Below are positions 20,600-30,182 of a stretch of DNA of 64,000 bases, in pieces (position 1 is the first letter of the stretch; every line of letters starts with the position of its first letter). A program made the translations under genes and the position numbers. The notes under the pieces are model-generated. The model did no database searches. It had not been told where the DNA came from and was given only the letters and a program-made list of their open reading frames with translations. The stretch is from an uncultured bacterium (GTDB lineage Bacteria; Verrucomicrobiota; Verrucomicrobiia; Verrucomicrobiales; V1-33): contig CAIZWU010000118.1 of assembly GCA_903936775.1 (NCBI GenBank), positions 7,952 through 71,951 on the forward strand, written 5' to 3'.

Positions 20600-21646
20600 A
20601 TGGAAGCGTCATGGCCCCTGCTCAAGGCGGGCCTGTTCCAACTGGATGCCGAGACCGCCCACCACGTCACCCTGCGCGGCCTGAAGCTCGCGGAAAAGGC
20701 CGGATTGCTGCGCCTGCTGCCGCCACTTGCCGAGGCCGCGCCGGTCACGGTGGCCGGGCTGCGATTTCCGAACCGGGTGGGGCTTGCCGCGGGTTTGGAC
20801 AAGGCCGGACAATGCGTGAACGGCTTTGGGGCGATGGGTTTTGGCCATGTGGAAATCGGCACCCTGACGCCCCGTCCGCAGCCCGGCAATCCCCAGCCGC
20901 GCCTCTTCCGGATCGTGGAGCGCGAAGCCATCGTGAACCGGATGGGCTTCAACAATCCTGGCATCGCCCAAGGGCAGGCCAACGCCGCGGACCGCACCTT
21001 TAAAGGAATTCTCGGGGTGAATATCGGCAAAAATTTCGACACCCCCAATGAGCGCGCGGCGGAGGATTACCTGTTGGGTTTGCGTGGCGCTTGGACCTGG
21101 GCGGATTACGTCACGGTAAATCTCAGTTCCCCCAACACCAAAGGGCTGCGGGACCTCCAGCAGGACGACGCCTGCCGGGCGCTCATCCGCACCCTCCAAG
21201 CCGAGCAAAAGCGGCTCGCCCAGCAGCACCAGCGTCACGTCCCGGTCTTCATCAAAATTGCCCCGGACCTCGAGAAGGAGCACCGCCGCAGCCTCGCCCG
21301 GTTGTTTGTGGAGGAGAAATTGGAGGGCGTCATCGCCACCAACACCACCCTCAGCCGCACCCATACCGAAGGCCTGCGCTACAGCAGTGAGAGCGGCGGT
21401 CTCAGCGGCGCTCCCCTGACGGCCCGCGCCACCGCCTTTATCGCGGGGCTGGCGCAGGATATTGATGGCGCGCTGCCGATTATCGGGGCGGGTGGTATCA
21501 TGTCGGGGGCCGATGCCGTGGAGAAACTCCACGCCGGGGCCACCTTGGTGCAGCTTTACTCCGGCCTGATATACCGGGGCCCTGGGCTGGTCCGCGAGTG
21601 TGTGGAATCCTGCTCGTCAGGGCTGGCGGATGCCGCGCGCCGCTGA
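20600..21646 (+). CDS. pyrD: dihydroorotate dehydrogenase (quinone), class 2
   Basis: Trimmed to ATG 20600 (MEASWPLLKAGLFQLDAETAHH; compare the E. coli PyrD N-terminus). Also has GLAAGLDK, GFVEIGT-like GHVEIGTLTP, NLSSPNT, ATNTT and GAGGI. Confidence 0.9.
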   Translation: MEASWPLLKAGLFQLDAETAHHVTLRGLKLAEKAGLLRLLPPLAEAAPVTVAGLRFPNRVGLAAGLDKAGQCVNGFGAMGFGHVEIGTLTPRPQPGNPQPRLFRIVEREAIVNRMGFNNPGIAQGQANAADRTFKGILGVNIGKNFDTPNERAAEDYLLGLRGAWTWADYVTVNLSSPNTKGLRDLQQDDACRALIRTLQAEQKRLAQQHQRHVPVFIKIAPDLEKEHRRSLARLFVEEKLEGVIATNTTLSRTHTEGLRYSSESGGLSGAPLTARATAFIAGLAQDIDGALPIIGAGGIMSGADAVEKLHAGATLVQLYSGLIYRGPGLVRECVESCSSGLADAARR

Positions 21647-22101
21647 GCCGCGGGAAGAGGGCTCAAAGGATCGGTTGGTCCGCCAAGGCGGTTTTCCTGT
21701 TCCAGCCACTTGAGGGCCGCCCCGACGGAACGGAAGACCGCGGCGCTGAGGCCGGCCGTGTCCAGATTCATCTGCACTACCCGGCACAGGCCAAACAGGA
21801 GATCTCCCGGAGCAATCAGGACGTGGCAAGGCAGCATGGGGTTGAAGATGGCCTGCCGGGCCAGTTGGCGGCCGAAGGAAGACGCATCATCAAGCGACGT
21901 CTGGCAATGCGTGACGCCGCTGAAATCCAGCACCCGGGTCCGGCCGGGGAGCTGACTGCAAGCCTCGCAAATGACCTGCCATCCCTCTCCGCCCAAGGCA
22001 CCTCCGACCGCGAGAATGGGCACCCCGTGCTGATCTGCCTCCATGAGCGTTACGGTCAGTTGGTTTTGCATGAGTGAAGGGTCGATAAAGATGGTATCCA
22101 T
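21556..22101 (-). CDS. hypothetical protein, divergent from the TetR gene
   Basis: Track ORF trimmed to ATG 22101 (MDTIFIDPS). No motif recognised. The 3' 90 nt overlap the end of the convergent pyrD. Confidence 0.3.
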   Translation of the reverse strand: MDTIFIDPSLMQNQLTVTLMEADQHGVPILAVGGALGGEGWQVICEACSQLPGRTRVLDFSGVTHCQTSLDDASSFGRQLARQAIFNPMLPCHVLIAPGDLLFGLCRVVQMNLDTAGLSAAVFRSVGAALKWLEQENRLGGPTDPLSPLPAAQRRAASASPDEQDSTHSRTSPGPRYIRPE

Positions 22102-22211
22102 ACAAACGTTGAAACAGGAACGCCCGTATAGTAACTTTACATGACTGTAAAAGCAAATTATTATCAAAGAAAACATTTTGACGAGCATTACAAATTAGTT
22201 TACAAATTGGA

Positions 22212-23006
22212 ATGAGTAAAAAAGACCGGCTGGAAAAGGTGGCGCGCCATGTCTTGACCCGTGAAGGCCTTTCCGGCTTTACCATGGAACGGTTGGCGGA
22301 AGCTGCCGAAGTCTCACGTCCAACGGTTTACCAATATTTTGGATCCCGGGAAGGAGCGCTCGCGGCGACGGCTTTGAGCACCATTGCGGTATGCAGCAAG
22401 TTGTTTGAATCGGCCCAGCGTTTCCAAGGCGCCCCCCGTGAACAAGCCATGGCACTCATGACGGGCTTCGAAGTGTTGGCCCGTTTCGAGCCGGACCACC
22501 TTGAAACGTTGGAATTTCTGGGGATGCCCTGGATCAAAAGAGCTCTTCCCTCGCCGCCATTGGATGCCCTGCAGGCGCTCGTCACGGGCTTCGGGGCCCG
22601 CTTGACGGGGCTGATGCAGCTTTCGGTGGAACAAGGCCAATTGGCGCTCCCCTCAGGCTATCCCATGGCGGCAGCCGCCTTCCATACGCAAAATTTCTAT
22701 TACGGCATCTTTTTTGCCGTCGCCCGCCGCCGCATTTCTTACGATTTATATGCCAGTGATAGCCCGTGGGAGTCCTCCCGGCGCGGACTGCATGTCTACT
22801 GGGATGGGATCGGCTGGTCCCCGAAAGCGGGCGACTCGGACATGGAAGCCTTGCATGACCGCATCCTCCGGCAGTGTTTTCCCGACTACTGGCTACGCAT
22901 CAAAACGGATGAATTGAAGCGCGGACTGGATACCCCGCTGGCGGAGCCCCTTTCCCATTCCATTCCAGAGCCGCGGAGCCGCGCCCGGGCCCTCAAGCCT
23001 TCCTGA
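22212..23006 (+). CDS. TetR-family transcriptional regulator
   Basis: N-terminal HTH: FTMERLAEAAEVSRPTVYQYFGSREGAL. Confidence 0.85.
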   Translation: MSKKDRLEKVARHVLTREGLSGFTMERLAEAAEVSRPTVYQYFGSREGALAATALSTIAVCSKLFESAQRFQGAPREQAMALMTGFEVLARFEPDHLETLEFLGMPWIKRALPSPPLDALQALVTGFGARLTGLMQLSVEQGQLALPSGYPMAAAAFHTQNFYYGIFFAVARRRISYDLYASDSPWESSRRGLHVYWDGIGWSPKAGDSDMEALHDRILRQCFPDYWLRIKTDELKRGLDTPLAEPLSHSIPEPRSRARALKPS

Positions 23007-23248
23007 AGCCGGACGGATTCGATCCACTTTGACCTGGCGGCCGGCTAAGCTGGCATTTTGCCAGACGGGAGCCGGGGACCTCTGGCAGGCTGCCAATCAG
23101 GTAGCGGGCCCGGAACGGGCCGGGCTTTGATAACCGGTTGATGATAAGCGGTCAAAGCAGCGGATGGGCCCGGGGCACGCTTCATGCAGAAGAGCTGGGT
23201 GGAAGCTGGAGATTTCCTCCACTCCTAGTCCTCAATTAAAAAACAGCC

Positions 23249-23413
23249 ATGAAACCGACCACCCGCTCCTCTTCCCTCCGTCCCCGCTTTGGCCTGCTGG
23301 GTTTGGCTCTTGCCGCCGTGGCCGTCAGTTCCTGCCGCACTACCGAAGGCCTTGGACGGGACATGCAGCATCTTGGCAACAAGATCGAGCACTCTGCCGA
23401 GCGCCATCTGTAG
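23249..23413 (+). CDS. entericidin A/B-family small lipoprotein
   Basis: Absent from the ORF track because it is only 54 aa. Hand translation: MKPTTRSSSLRPRFGLLGLALAAVAVSSCRTTEGLGRDMQHLGNKIEHSAERHL. It has a lipobox-like A-V-S-S-C followed by the entericidin core T.EG.G.D...LG..IE. Confidence 0.7.
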   Translation: MKPTTRSSSLRPRFGLLGLALAAVAVSSCRTTEGLGRDMQHLGNKIEHSAERHL

Positions 23414-23463
23414 ATGGCCTTGGGAACTGCCCATCACTGATGCTTTTCCAACCAAACCCTTCT

Positions 23464-23787
23464 ATGAACGAAACACCCTTTGCCCGCGATGAAGCCATGA
23501 ACTACTTAGAGCCGTTGGTGGAAATCGGCCGAGATGCCAATATTGACTTCGTCCATTCCGCCCATCAGGCGACAGATCTTGGATTGAAAATGCTGCCAAA
23601 CCAACAAGCCATGGCACGGGCCGCCAGAGTGGATGAATTCCAGCAACTCCAGGCCGGGCATGGCCAAGCCGGGATTGATAACTCCGGCAGTGTGACCGGC
23701 ACCCTGCACCGGGCATGGATCAACCTGCGCCCGGCGATATCCAATCCATCACGACCTCGTCATTTTGGAGGAAGTGGAGCGCGGTGA
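23464..23787 (+). CDS. hypothetical protein
   Basis: Internal ATG of track ORF 23164..23787, in a lower-GC stretch. No motif recognised. It overlaps a competing minus-strand ORF. Confidence 0.25.
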   Translation: MNETPFARDEAMNYLEPLVEIGRDANIDFVHSAHQATDLGLKMLPNQQAMARAARVDEFQQLQAGHGQAGIDNSGSVTGTLHRAWINLRPAISNPSRPRHFGGSGAR

Positions 23788-24045
23788 GGATGCCGCAGGA
23801 GCGGCTGATGGTGAGGCCCTCGAACCCCGGGAAATTCCGCTGCCGCGATCCATTGCAGCCGTGCTGGAACAGCAGTTCCTCAAAATAACGGCGGGCCACG
23901 GTGAGTTGCGGCAACGCCGCGAGGAGGCCCGCACCACTGCCGCTGCCGTGTCGGCTTGATGGCGGAAAGACTCAGTCCGCTCCACCGGGCCTCCATTCAT
24001 GGGGGGCGGTGGAGCGGGGTCCCTCCAGTGCCAGGGGCCTTGGGG

Positions 24046-25107
24046 TCAGTCGGTTGGCTCCCCGGCCGGTTCCGGCACTTCCCCGGCGGGTTCGTAAAGA
24101 GCCAATGGCCGCACCGGATTTCCCGGGAGGGGCCGCCGCCGCTCGAAGACATTCGGCGCCAGCAGCGGGGAAACTTGGTAGGTTTCCGCCATCATTTCCA
24201 GTTTGGCATCGATGTTGTCCACGTGATGCAGGAGAATCGCCTCGGGTGTCCGGGGTAGCACGGGGGACCCGAATTGATGCTCGCCGTGGTGCGCCCCGAT
24301 CAGATGCAGCAGATGCAGCCTGACGCTTTCACTGGCGGGGGTGAGGCTGGTCCAGCTGGTGGGGGCGGCCTCCATCAACTTGCGCCAGAGGCGGTTCACC
24401 ACCTCAATGCCCATGGGAATGTGGCCCATCAGTTCGCCCACTTCGGTGTAGGGCATGGTGAATCCCTCGCGGTCATAACAATTTTCCCAGAGCTTTCCGC
24501 AATCGTGAAAGAGCACCCCGGTCACGAGGAGATCCCGGTTGGTGTCCGGATAAACCGCCGCCAGGGCCACTGCCGCCCGCATCATCTGGGCCACATGCTC
24601 CACCAGCCCGCCACGCCGGGCGTGGTGATATTCCCTCGCGGCCCCGGTGCGGCGGAAGCGCTCACCATATTCCTCCAGAAAAATCCGGCATAGTCCAGCC
24701 AACCGGGGATCGCGGAGGGCTTCAGTCAGGGCCCCTATCTCCGCGTAATCCCGCGCCTGTTTTTCCCGCAGTTCCGGAGGCCCGCCCAGCAGGGCAATCC
24801 GTTCCTCTTCCTCCAGCAGCCGCAGCGTCCACTGTTTCGGTTCCAGACCGTAGGTGCCGCTGGACCACTCGCCCGCGATGGCGATGAAAGCCCCGTTGGC
24901 CAAAGCGCGGGCCGCGGGAAAACCTGGGGCATCCCCCCAGACCCGCATCACCAGATGATCCTCCGCGTCCGCCAGTTTGAGTTCCAGGTATTCCGACCCG
25001 CTTTTGGTTGGCTTCACCTGCACCCGCTCCACTTGCAGCTGTACGGCAGCCTGACAGGGGGAATCAACGGTGGCTTGTCTGACTTGGCGGAGGCTCAGGA
25101 GGTCCAT
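24046..25107 (-). CDS. OB-fold plus HD-domain phosphohydrolase (YhaM / Cbf1-like 3'-5' exoribonuclease family)
   Basis: N-terminal OB-like segment (VQVKPTKSGSEYLELKLADAEDHLVMRVW). HD domain with HHARRGGLVEH and VLFHDCGK. Confidence 0.7.
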   Translation of the reverse strand: MDLLSLRQVRQATVDSPCQAAVQLQVERVQVKPTKSGSEYLELKLADAEDHLVMRVWGDAPGFPAARALANGAFIAIAGEWSSGTYGLEPKQWTLRLLEEEERIALLGGPPELREKQARDYAEIGALTEALRDPRLAGLCRIFLEEYGERFRRTGAAREYHHARRGGLVEHVAQMMRAAVALAAVYPDTNRDLLVTGVLFHDCGKLWENCYDREGFTMPYTEVGELMGHIPMGIEVVNRLWRKLMEAAPTSWTSLTPASESVRLHLLHLIGAHHGEHQFGSPVLPRTPEAILLHHVDNIDAKLEMMAETYQVSPLLAPNVFERRRPLPGNPVRPLALYEPAGEVPEPAGEPTD

Positions 25108-25138
25108 CCTGCCTTTATGACTGCATTTGCCCTTGGGA

Positions 25139-25423
25139 TCAATCCCTCGCTATCGAAAACCCGATGATTCCGATGGGGGCCGGCGACACCGGATGTTCCT
25201 CCACTTCCTTGATGTAATGGGCCACCGCCGAGTTGTCCCGCAGCTCCGTCAAAAAGGCCTGGAGTTCCTCCGGGTCCCGCGAGAGGGCCAGCAGTTGCAC
25301 CCGTCCGTCCGGCAGGTTCTTCACCCAGCCTGACACCTCGTAACCGGAAGCCAATTGCTTTACGGTATAACGGAATCCAACTCCCTGCACCCGTCCCGTG
25401 TAAAAAACCTGTCTGGCGATCAT
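25139..25423 (-). CDS. acyP: acylphosphatase
   Basis: Trimmed to ATG 25423. Signature [16 protein letters not shown]...[13 protein letters not shown]. Confidence 0.85.
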   Translation of the reverse strand: MIARQVFYTGRVQGVGFRYTVKQLASGYEVSGWVKNLPDGRVQLLALSRDPEELQAFLTELRDNSAVAHYIKEVEEHPVSPAPIGIIGFSIARD

Positions 25424-25564
25424 GCCGCATGCTGCGCAGTCTGCCGGCCTTGGCAAGCCGGGGTATGCGGCCGTTGTAACGGGAGGTCAGGCTGACCAAA
25501 CCCTGGTTCCTCCCGATTTTGCCCATGCATGCGGCGTTCCTCCAGAGCAGAATGATGCCTCCCC

Positions 25565-26779
25565 ATGAATAACCCGATCGAACGCGAACGCGCTACTTTC
25601 CGCCTCGAGCGGGTGAGGGCGCTGGCGGGCGGCGTGTTGGAGACCGCTCAGGTGACCTTTCTGCTGCTGATTGCCACCCGGTGGTTTCAAGCCAGTCCGG
25701 GTGAAAAAGGACTGCTGCAGGGAGCTTCCAGCGCGGGATTGCTCCTGACACCCCTGCTGGTCTCGTGGGCCGCCGCTCTCGGAATGCATGCGGAGCGGGC
25801 GGCCGCCTGGTTGTTTGCCATGGGCGCGGCCGGCGTGCTGATGGCGGCGCTGGTGCCTGCCTTGCCGGTTTTTCTGGGCGGGGCGGGCCTGGGGTTCCTC
25901 TGTGTGGCGGCCACGGCTCCTTTTGTCGCTTCCATCTACAGCCAGAACTACCGGGCCGGGCGCCGGGGGGATCTTTTCTCGCGCAACATCGTGGTGCGCA
26001 TTGTCGCCAGTGTCGCCTTTGCCTGGATTGCCGGGCGAGTGCTGGAAGCCGATCCCGCGAACTTCCGCTGGATCCTCGGCGTTTATGCCGCCGCCTTGAT
26101 CCTGAATGCCTGGTGCGCCTGGCATTTGCCGCCGGTGCCGCTGGTGCGCACGGAAGGCCGCAATCCGCTGCGGGCGTTCCGCTGGGTGCGGGAGGACCGG
26201 CTCTTCCGGCTGACCCTGATCAGTTGGATGCTGATGGGCTTCGGGAATCTGGTGATGTTCCCCCTCCGGGTGGAATACCTCGCCAACGAGCGTTATGGCC
26301 TGCACCTCGCGGCCACCGACATCGCCCTTTTTACCACCATCATTCCCAACGCCGCCCGGCTCCTCTTCACCCGCGTCTGGGGCCGGCTGTTTGACCGGAT
26401 GAATTTCTTCACCCTGCGCATCCTGCTCAACACCGGATTCATGTTGGGAATCCTTTCTTTTTTCACGGGTGGCGGGTCGGCAGGCCTATGGGCCGGTGCT
26501 TTGTTATTCGGAGTGGCCAATGCCGGGGCTGACCTCGCGTGGAGCCTGTGGGTCACCAAGGTTGCCCCGCCGGAGCGCGTCACCGATTACATGGCGGTGC
26601 ACACTTTCCTCACCGGAGCCCGCGGCCTCGTAGCGCCCTTTGCGGCGTTTTATTGTGCGGCCCATTTCGGGGTGGGGCCGACGGCGGGCGGGGCAGCCCT
26701 GCTGATCCTCGCGGCTTCCCTGATGTTGATCCGGGAGCGCGGGCCCGCCGCGGCCCAAGGCGTGAAAGCAGGGGGATAA
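25565..26779 (+). CDS. MFS transporter
   Basis: 404 aa with about 12 hydrophobic segments, and Arg-rich loops between TM2/3 and TM8/9. Confidence 0.7.
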   Translation: MNNPIERERATFRLERVRALAGGVLETAQVTFLLLIATRWFQASPGEKGLLQGASSAGLLLTPLLVSWAAALGMHAERAAAWLFAMGAAGVLMAALVPALPVFLGGAGLGFLCVAATAPFVASIYSQNYRAGRRGDLFSRNIVVRIVASVAFAWIAGRVLEADPANFRWILGVYAAALILNAWCAWHLPPVPLVRTEGRNPLRAFRWVREDRLFRLTLISWMLMGFGNLVMFPLRVEYLANERYGLHLAATDIALFTTIIPNAARLLFTRVWGRLFDRMNFFTLRILLNTGFMLGILSFFTGGGSAGLWAGALLFGVANAGADLAWSLWVTKVAPPERVTDYMAVHTFLTGARGLVAPFAAFYCAAHFGVGPTAGGAALLILAASLMLIRERGPAAAQGVKAGG

Positions 26780-26798
26780 AACGGATGGGGCCGCCGGT

Positions 26799-27482
26799 TT
26801 AAAGCACCGGCCAGGTGCCCTGAAAATGCCAGACCTGCCAACCCGCCGCCCGGGCCGGTTCAATATCGTTGTCCAGCCGGTCACCGATCATCAGGGTCTC
26901 CTCCGGCAGAATCCCCCGCGCCGCCAGCCTTGCCGTCAGCCAGGAAAAGACTGCCGGGTCCGGTTTGCTGAAGCCCTGTTCGAAAGACCAGAAACACAGA
27001 TCGGGTTCAAATTGATCCACTGGAAGTCCCGCCGCCGCCAATTCATCAAACGTGTAGCGCTGGGCATTCGAGGCGATTCCGGTCAGGATTCCCTGTGGCC
27101 TGAGACCGGCGAGAAAAGGCAGCCCGCCGGGCATGGCCTGCGTGGTCCGCTGCAACTGCGCATGGCGGAACAGGAAATCATCCAGCGCTCCGGGAGCCAG
27201 CCCTGACAATCCGCCCGCCGCCCGGCAAGCCACCTTCCGCCAGTCCACTTCCGGCCACCGGTCGCCCGCGGACTTCCGGGGGGCATGGTCCGAGGCGACC
27301 ACGGTCCGGCAGGCCTCATCGAATTCCGTGAGGAGCATTCCCGGCGGCGCGCCAACATACCCGCCCCACAGCTCCTGCCACCGGTCGTCAGCCGCCGCCG
27401 GTCCCCCGGCCACCGCCAGCAGCGTGTGATAGACATCAAAAATCACCGCCTTCACTGGTTTCATAACATCCGTGCCCTCCAT
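26799..27482 (-). CDS. HAD-superfamily hydrolase
   Basis: Motif I VIFDVYHTLL, and motif IV MIGDRLDNDIEPARAAG. An alternative start lies at ATG 27464. Confidence 0.8.
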   Translation of the reverse strand: MEGTDVMKPVKAVIFDVYHTLLAVAGGPAAADDRWQELWGGYVGAPPGMLLTEFDEACRTVVASDHAPRKSAGDRWPEVDWRKVACRAAGGLSGLAPGALDDFLFRHAQLQRTTQAMPGGLPFLAGLRPQGILTGIASNAQRYTFDELAAAGLPVDQFEPDLCFWSFEQGFSKPDPAVFSWLTARLAARGILPEETLMIGDRLDNDIEPARAAGWQVWHFQGTWPVL

Positions 27483-27503
27483 GAAGTCCGTGGTTTCCTT
27501 TCC

Positions 27504-28259
27504 TCACGGGTCGCGCCGCCGGAAGACATACGTCCCATCCTTCTGCCCCACCAGCGGCGGGACTTTGGTCTGCTCGAACAGGTCGTAACCCTGCTTCAGA
27601 TTCCGCCAGAAGCCGGCCCACTCCTGACCTGCTGTTTCCGCCCGGGCCAGCCGGGCCTCCGTCATGCGGAAGGGAAAACAATGCACCGACACTTCATCCT
27701 GACGTTTTCCGCGCAGGGCGGCATCTACCAGCAGGTAGATAACCTCGATCACCGGGTCCGTCATGGCATAACAACCAATCGAGACATTGCTGCCGTGGAC
27801 CATCAGGGCCGAGCCGGTCCATCCGTGCGCCTGATCATAGGCATTGGGAAATCCCAGGTTGAACGCGAGGTGGAATTTTGACGAGGGGTTCAATTGGCGG
27901 GCCGCCACATGATAGAATCCTTCCGGGGCCTTTAGGTCGCCGGTCTTCAATTTCGGCCCCAGGCCCGCTCCCCCGTCGGCAGCAATGGGCCACTTTTTAA
28001 AGAGGGTGTAACGCCCGCCCATCTCATCGCGCATCCAGAGTTCCAGTTCGCCTTCCTCCTTGAAGATGCGGATGAACACGGGAGCGCCGGCTTTGAGGTG
28101 GGACCGCTTCAGTTCCTCGTTCAGGGGGCGGGCCACCCGGCGGCGGACTTCATCCAGCCGGTCGTTGTCGGCGGAAGGCGCCCCCATCACCCGGCGCAGG
28201 AAGAGGAACGCAAAAATGCCCAGCAACAGCAGGGCCAGTAGTGAAAAACGCAGGAGCAT
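27504..28259 (-). CDS. L,D-transpeptidase family protein (YafK-like)
   Basis: Signal anchor MLLRFSLLALLLLGIFAFLF. YkuD catalytic block LMVHGSNVSIGCYAMTD (His...Cys). Confidence 0.8.
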   Translation of the reverse strand: MLLRFSLLALLLLGIFAFLFLRRVMGAPSADNDRLDEVRRRVARPLNEELKRSHLKAGAPVFIRIFKEEGELELWMRDEMGGRYTLFKKWPIAADGGAGLGPKLKTGDLKAPEGFYHVAARQLNPSSKFHLAFNLGFPNAYDQAHGWTGSALMVHGSNVSIGCYAMTDPVIEVIYLLVDAALRGKRQDEVSVHCFPFRMTEARLARAETAGQEWAGFWRNLKQGYDLFEQTKVPPLVGQKDGTYVFRRRDP

Positions 28260-28316
28260 GGGCAGTCAGCAGAAGAGGTTTCCGGAAGCAGCCGCCGGTC
28301 CGGAGCAGGCGGAAAT

Positions 28317-28880
28317 TCAGAATCCTTCCAGCTTGCCGGTCGCGGCCGGAGTGGCAGGCGCCGGCGTCCCTGGCACCACCGTGCCGTCCGGAGCGGCCGG
28401 CCGCGGTTTGATGGCGAACTGCACCGCCTGCTGGGCCTTCATGGCTTTGGCCCAGGCATCGGAAGCGAGGTCGAGATAATTGGTTTCCACCGCTTGATAG
28501 GCCGAGGCGTGGCGCGCTTCCTCCTGGGCATTCCCCGCGGCTGTCCAGCACATCCGGCCGAGGAATTCCCCGGGGGGATTCCACACCAGGGGCCCCGCAT
28601 TCAATTCCAGCAGGGTCTGGCGCTCCTCCGCCCGCAGCCCGCGCCGGGAGAAGCTGATGAAAGCCGCCTTGCCGTCCAGAAATTCGATGCGGATGCGGAT
28701 GTCGCCTTTTTGATAGGCCGTCCCGGTGGCCGATTCCAGCAGGGCCGGCACTTCCGCGACCGCCTGGCCATAACGCACGGCACATTGTTCCCGCGTTTCC
28801 CCCAGCCGCGCCGGGGCGGAATCCGTGAAGGCCACGGCACACAGGGCAGCGGCAAGGAAGGGGAGGCGGGATGGCAGCAT
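28317..28880 (-). CDS. secreted hypothetical protein
   Basis: Trimmed to ATG 28880 (signal [19 protein letters not shown]). No family recognised. Confidence 0.4.
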   Translation of the reverse strand: MLPSRLPFLAAALCAVAFTDSAPARLGETREQCAVRYGQAVAEVPALLESATGTAYQKGDIRIRIEFLDGKAAFISFSRRGLRAEERQTLLELNAGPLVWNPPGEFLGRMCWTAAGNAQEEARHASAYQAVETNYLDLASDAWAKAMKAQQAVQFAIKPRPAAPDGTVVPGTPAPATPAATGKLEGF

Positions 28881-29023
28881 ACGGCATTGTGCCAGTGCCC
28901 GGCGCCCACTCAATCAAAAACTCACCGTTCCGCCGGCTGGGTGAAATCCACTCCGCCGTCCCTCGCGGAGCTGGCGGCGCACACTCCTCTTGCCGTCCGT
29001 TGTCATCCGGGCAAAGTCCCCGC

Positions 29024-30082
29024 ATGCCCGCCCGCCGCCGCGACCCTGCCACGCCCCACCTGCTCCCGACCCCCGAAAGCCGGGGGCAGCGTGACCAGCC
29101 GCGGTTCATCGATCTTTTCTGCGGCATCGGCGGATTCCGGCTCGCCTTTGAGCAGGCCGGAGCCGGCTGTGTCTTCTCCTCGGACTGGGATAAATATTCC
29201 CAGCAAACCTATGCCGCCAACTTCGGCGAGCGCCCGCACGGCGACCTGCGCATCGTGGCCGACACCGACGTGCCTGCCCACGACATCCTCTGCGGGGGCT
29301 TCCCCTGCCAGCCCTTCAGCCTCGCCGGCGTTTCCAAGAAAAACAGCCTCGGGCGCGCCCATGGCTTTGACGATGAACGCCAGGGCAACCTCTTCTTCGA
29401 AATCGCCCGCCTGCTGCACCATCACCGCCCTGCGGCTTTCGTGTTGGAAAATGTCAAAAACCTGGCCAGCCACGACAAAGGAAATACCTTCAAGGTCATT
29501 TACAACACCCTGACGGAAGACCTCGGCTACACCGTCCACCACAAAATCATCGACGCCAAACCCTGGCTCCCCCAGCACCGGGAGCGCATTTTCCTCGTCG
29601 GTTTCCGCGATCCCACGCCCTTCGAGTTCCCCCGGCCCCCCGCCACCGGCCCCCGCCTCGCCACCATTCTGGAGGAGGCCGCTCCTGACAAATACACCCT
29701 GTCCGACAAGCTCTGGCAATACTTGCAGGACTACGCCGCCAAACACGCTGCTCTGGGCAATGGTTTCGGCTGCAGCGTCTTTGATGGCACCGGGGTGGCC
29801 CGCACCCTGAGCGCCCGCTACCACAAGGACGGCAGCGAAATCCTCATCAGCCGCGGCGAAGGCCGCAATCCCCGCCGCCTCACTCCCCGTGAGTGCGCCC
29901 GGCTCATGGGTTACCCCGACACCTTCAAAATCGAAGTCAGCGACACCCAGGCTTACCGCCAATTCGGCAACAGTGTCGCCGTCCCCGTTGTCACCGCGCT
30001 GGCCAAACAGGTCATGGCGGCGCTGCAGCATCCCGGCAGCACGGGTTCCGGGACCGCCCGGCCTGCCTTGCCTGCCTGTTGA
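29024..30082 (+). CDS. dcm: DNA (cytosine-5)-methyltransferase
   Basis: Trimmed to ATG 29024. Motif [12 protein letters not shown], motif [11 protein letters not shown], motif VI ENVKNL, motif [14 protein letters not shown], motif [17 protein letters not shown], motif X QFGNSV. Confidence 0.9.
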   Translation: MPARRRDPATPHLLPTPESRGQRDQPRFIDLFCGIGGFRLAFEQAGAGCVFSSDWDKYSQQTYAANFGERPHGDLRIVADTDVPAHDILCGGFPCQPFSLAGVSKKNSLGRAHGFDDERQGNLFFEIARLLHHHRPAAFVLENVKNLASHDKGNTFKVIYNTLTEDLGYTVHHKIIDAKPWLPQHRERIFLVGFRDPTPFEFPRPPATGPRLATILEEAAPDKYTLSDKLWQYLQDYAAKHAALGNGFGCSVFDGTGVARTLSARYHKDGSEILISRGEGRNPRRLTPRECARLMGYPDTFKIEVSDTQAYRQFGNSVAVPVVTALAKQVMAALQHPGSTGSGTARPALPAC

Positions 30083-30182
30083 ACAGGTCCGGCGTTCCGT
30101 GATCAAAAGCCAGGAGGAATCCATCCCGGCCCTGTTTTCCCTCTCGACGCCGCCCTCAGGAAAGGTTCATCATGTCTGAGCT

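Noticed and set aside
21556-21646. The 90-nt convergent overlap between pyrD and ORF 21556..22101, considered as a sign of a functional antisense arrangement.
   Set aside because: The overlapping tail of the hypothetical ORF is low-complexity (…AAQRRAASASPDEQDS…). It probably reflects a chance lack of a stop codon, and the ORF itself is weakly supported.
23720-24000. Minus-strand ORFs 23720..23914 and 23749..24000, and plus-strand ORF 23765..23959, downstream of the YhaM-like gene.
   Set aside because: They are mutually overlapping, carry no recognisable motifs and are short. I cannot tell which, if any, is real. This stretch remains unexplained.
28871-29023. A 51-codon N-terminal extension of the dcm ORF, overlapping the divergent upstream gene's start.
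   Set aside because: Methyltransferase motif I begins about 30 aa after ATG 29024. The extension overlaps the signal-peptide region of the opposite-strand gene and has no similarity to MTase N-termini.
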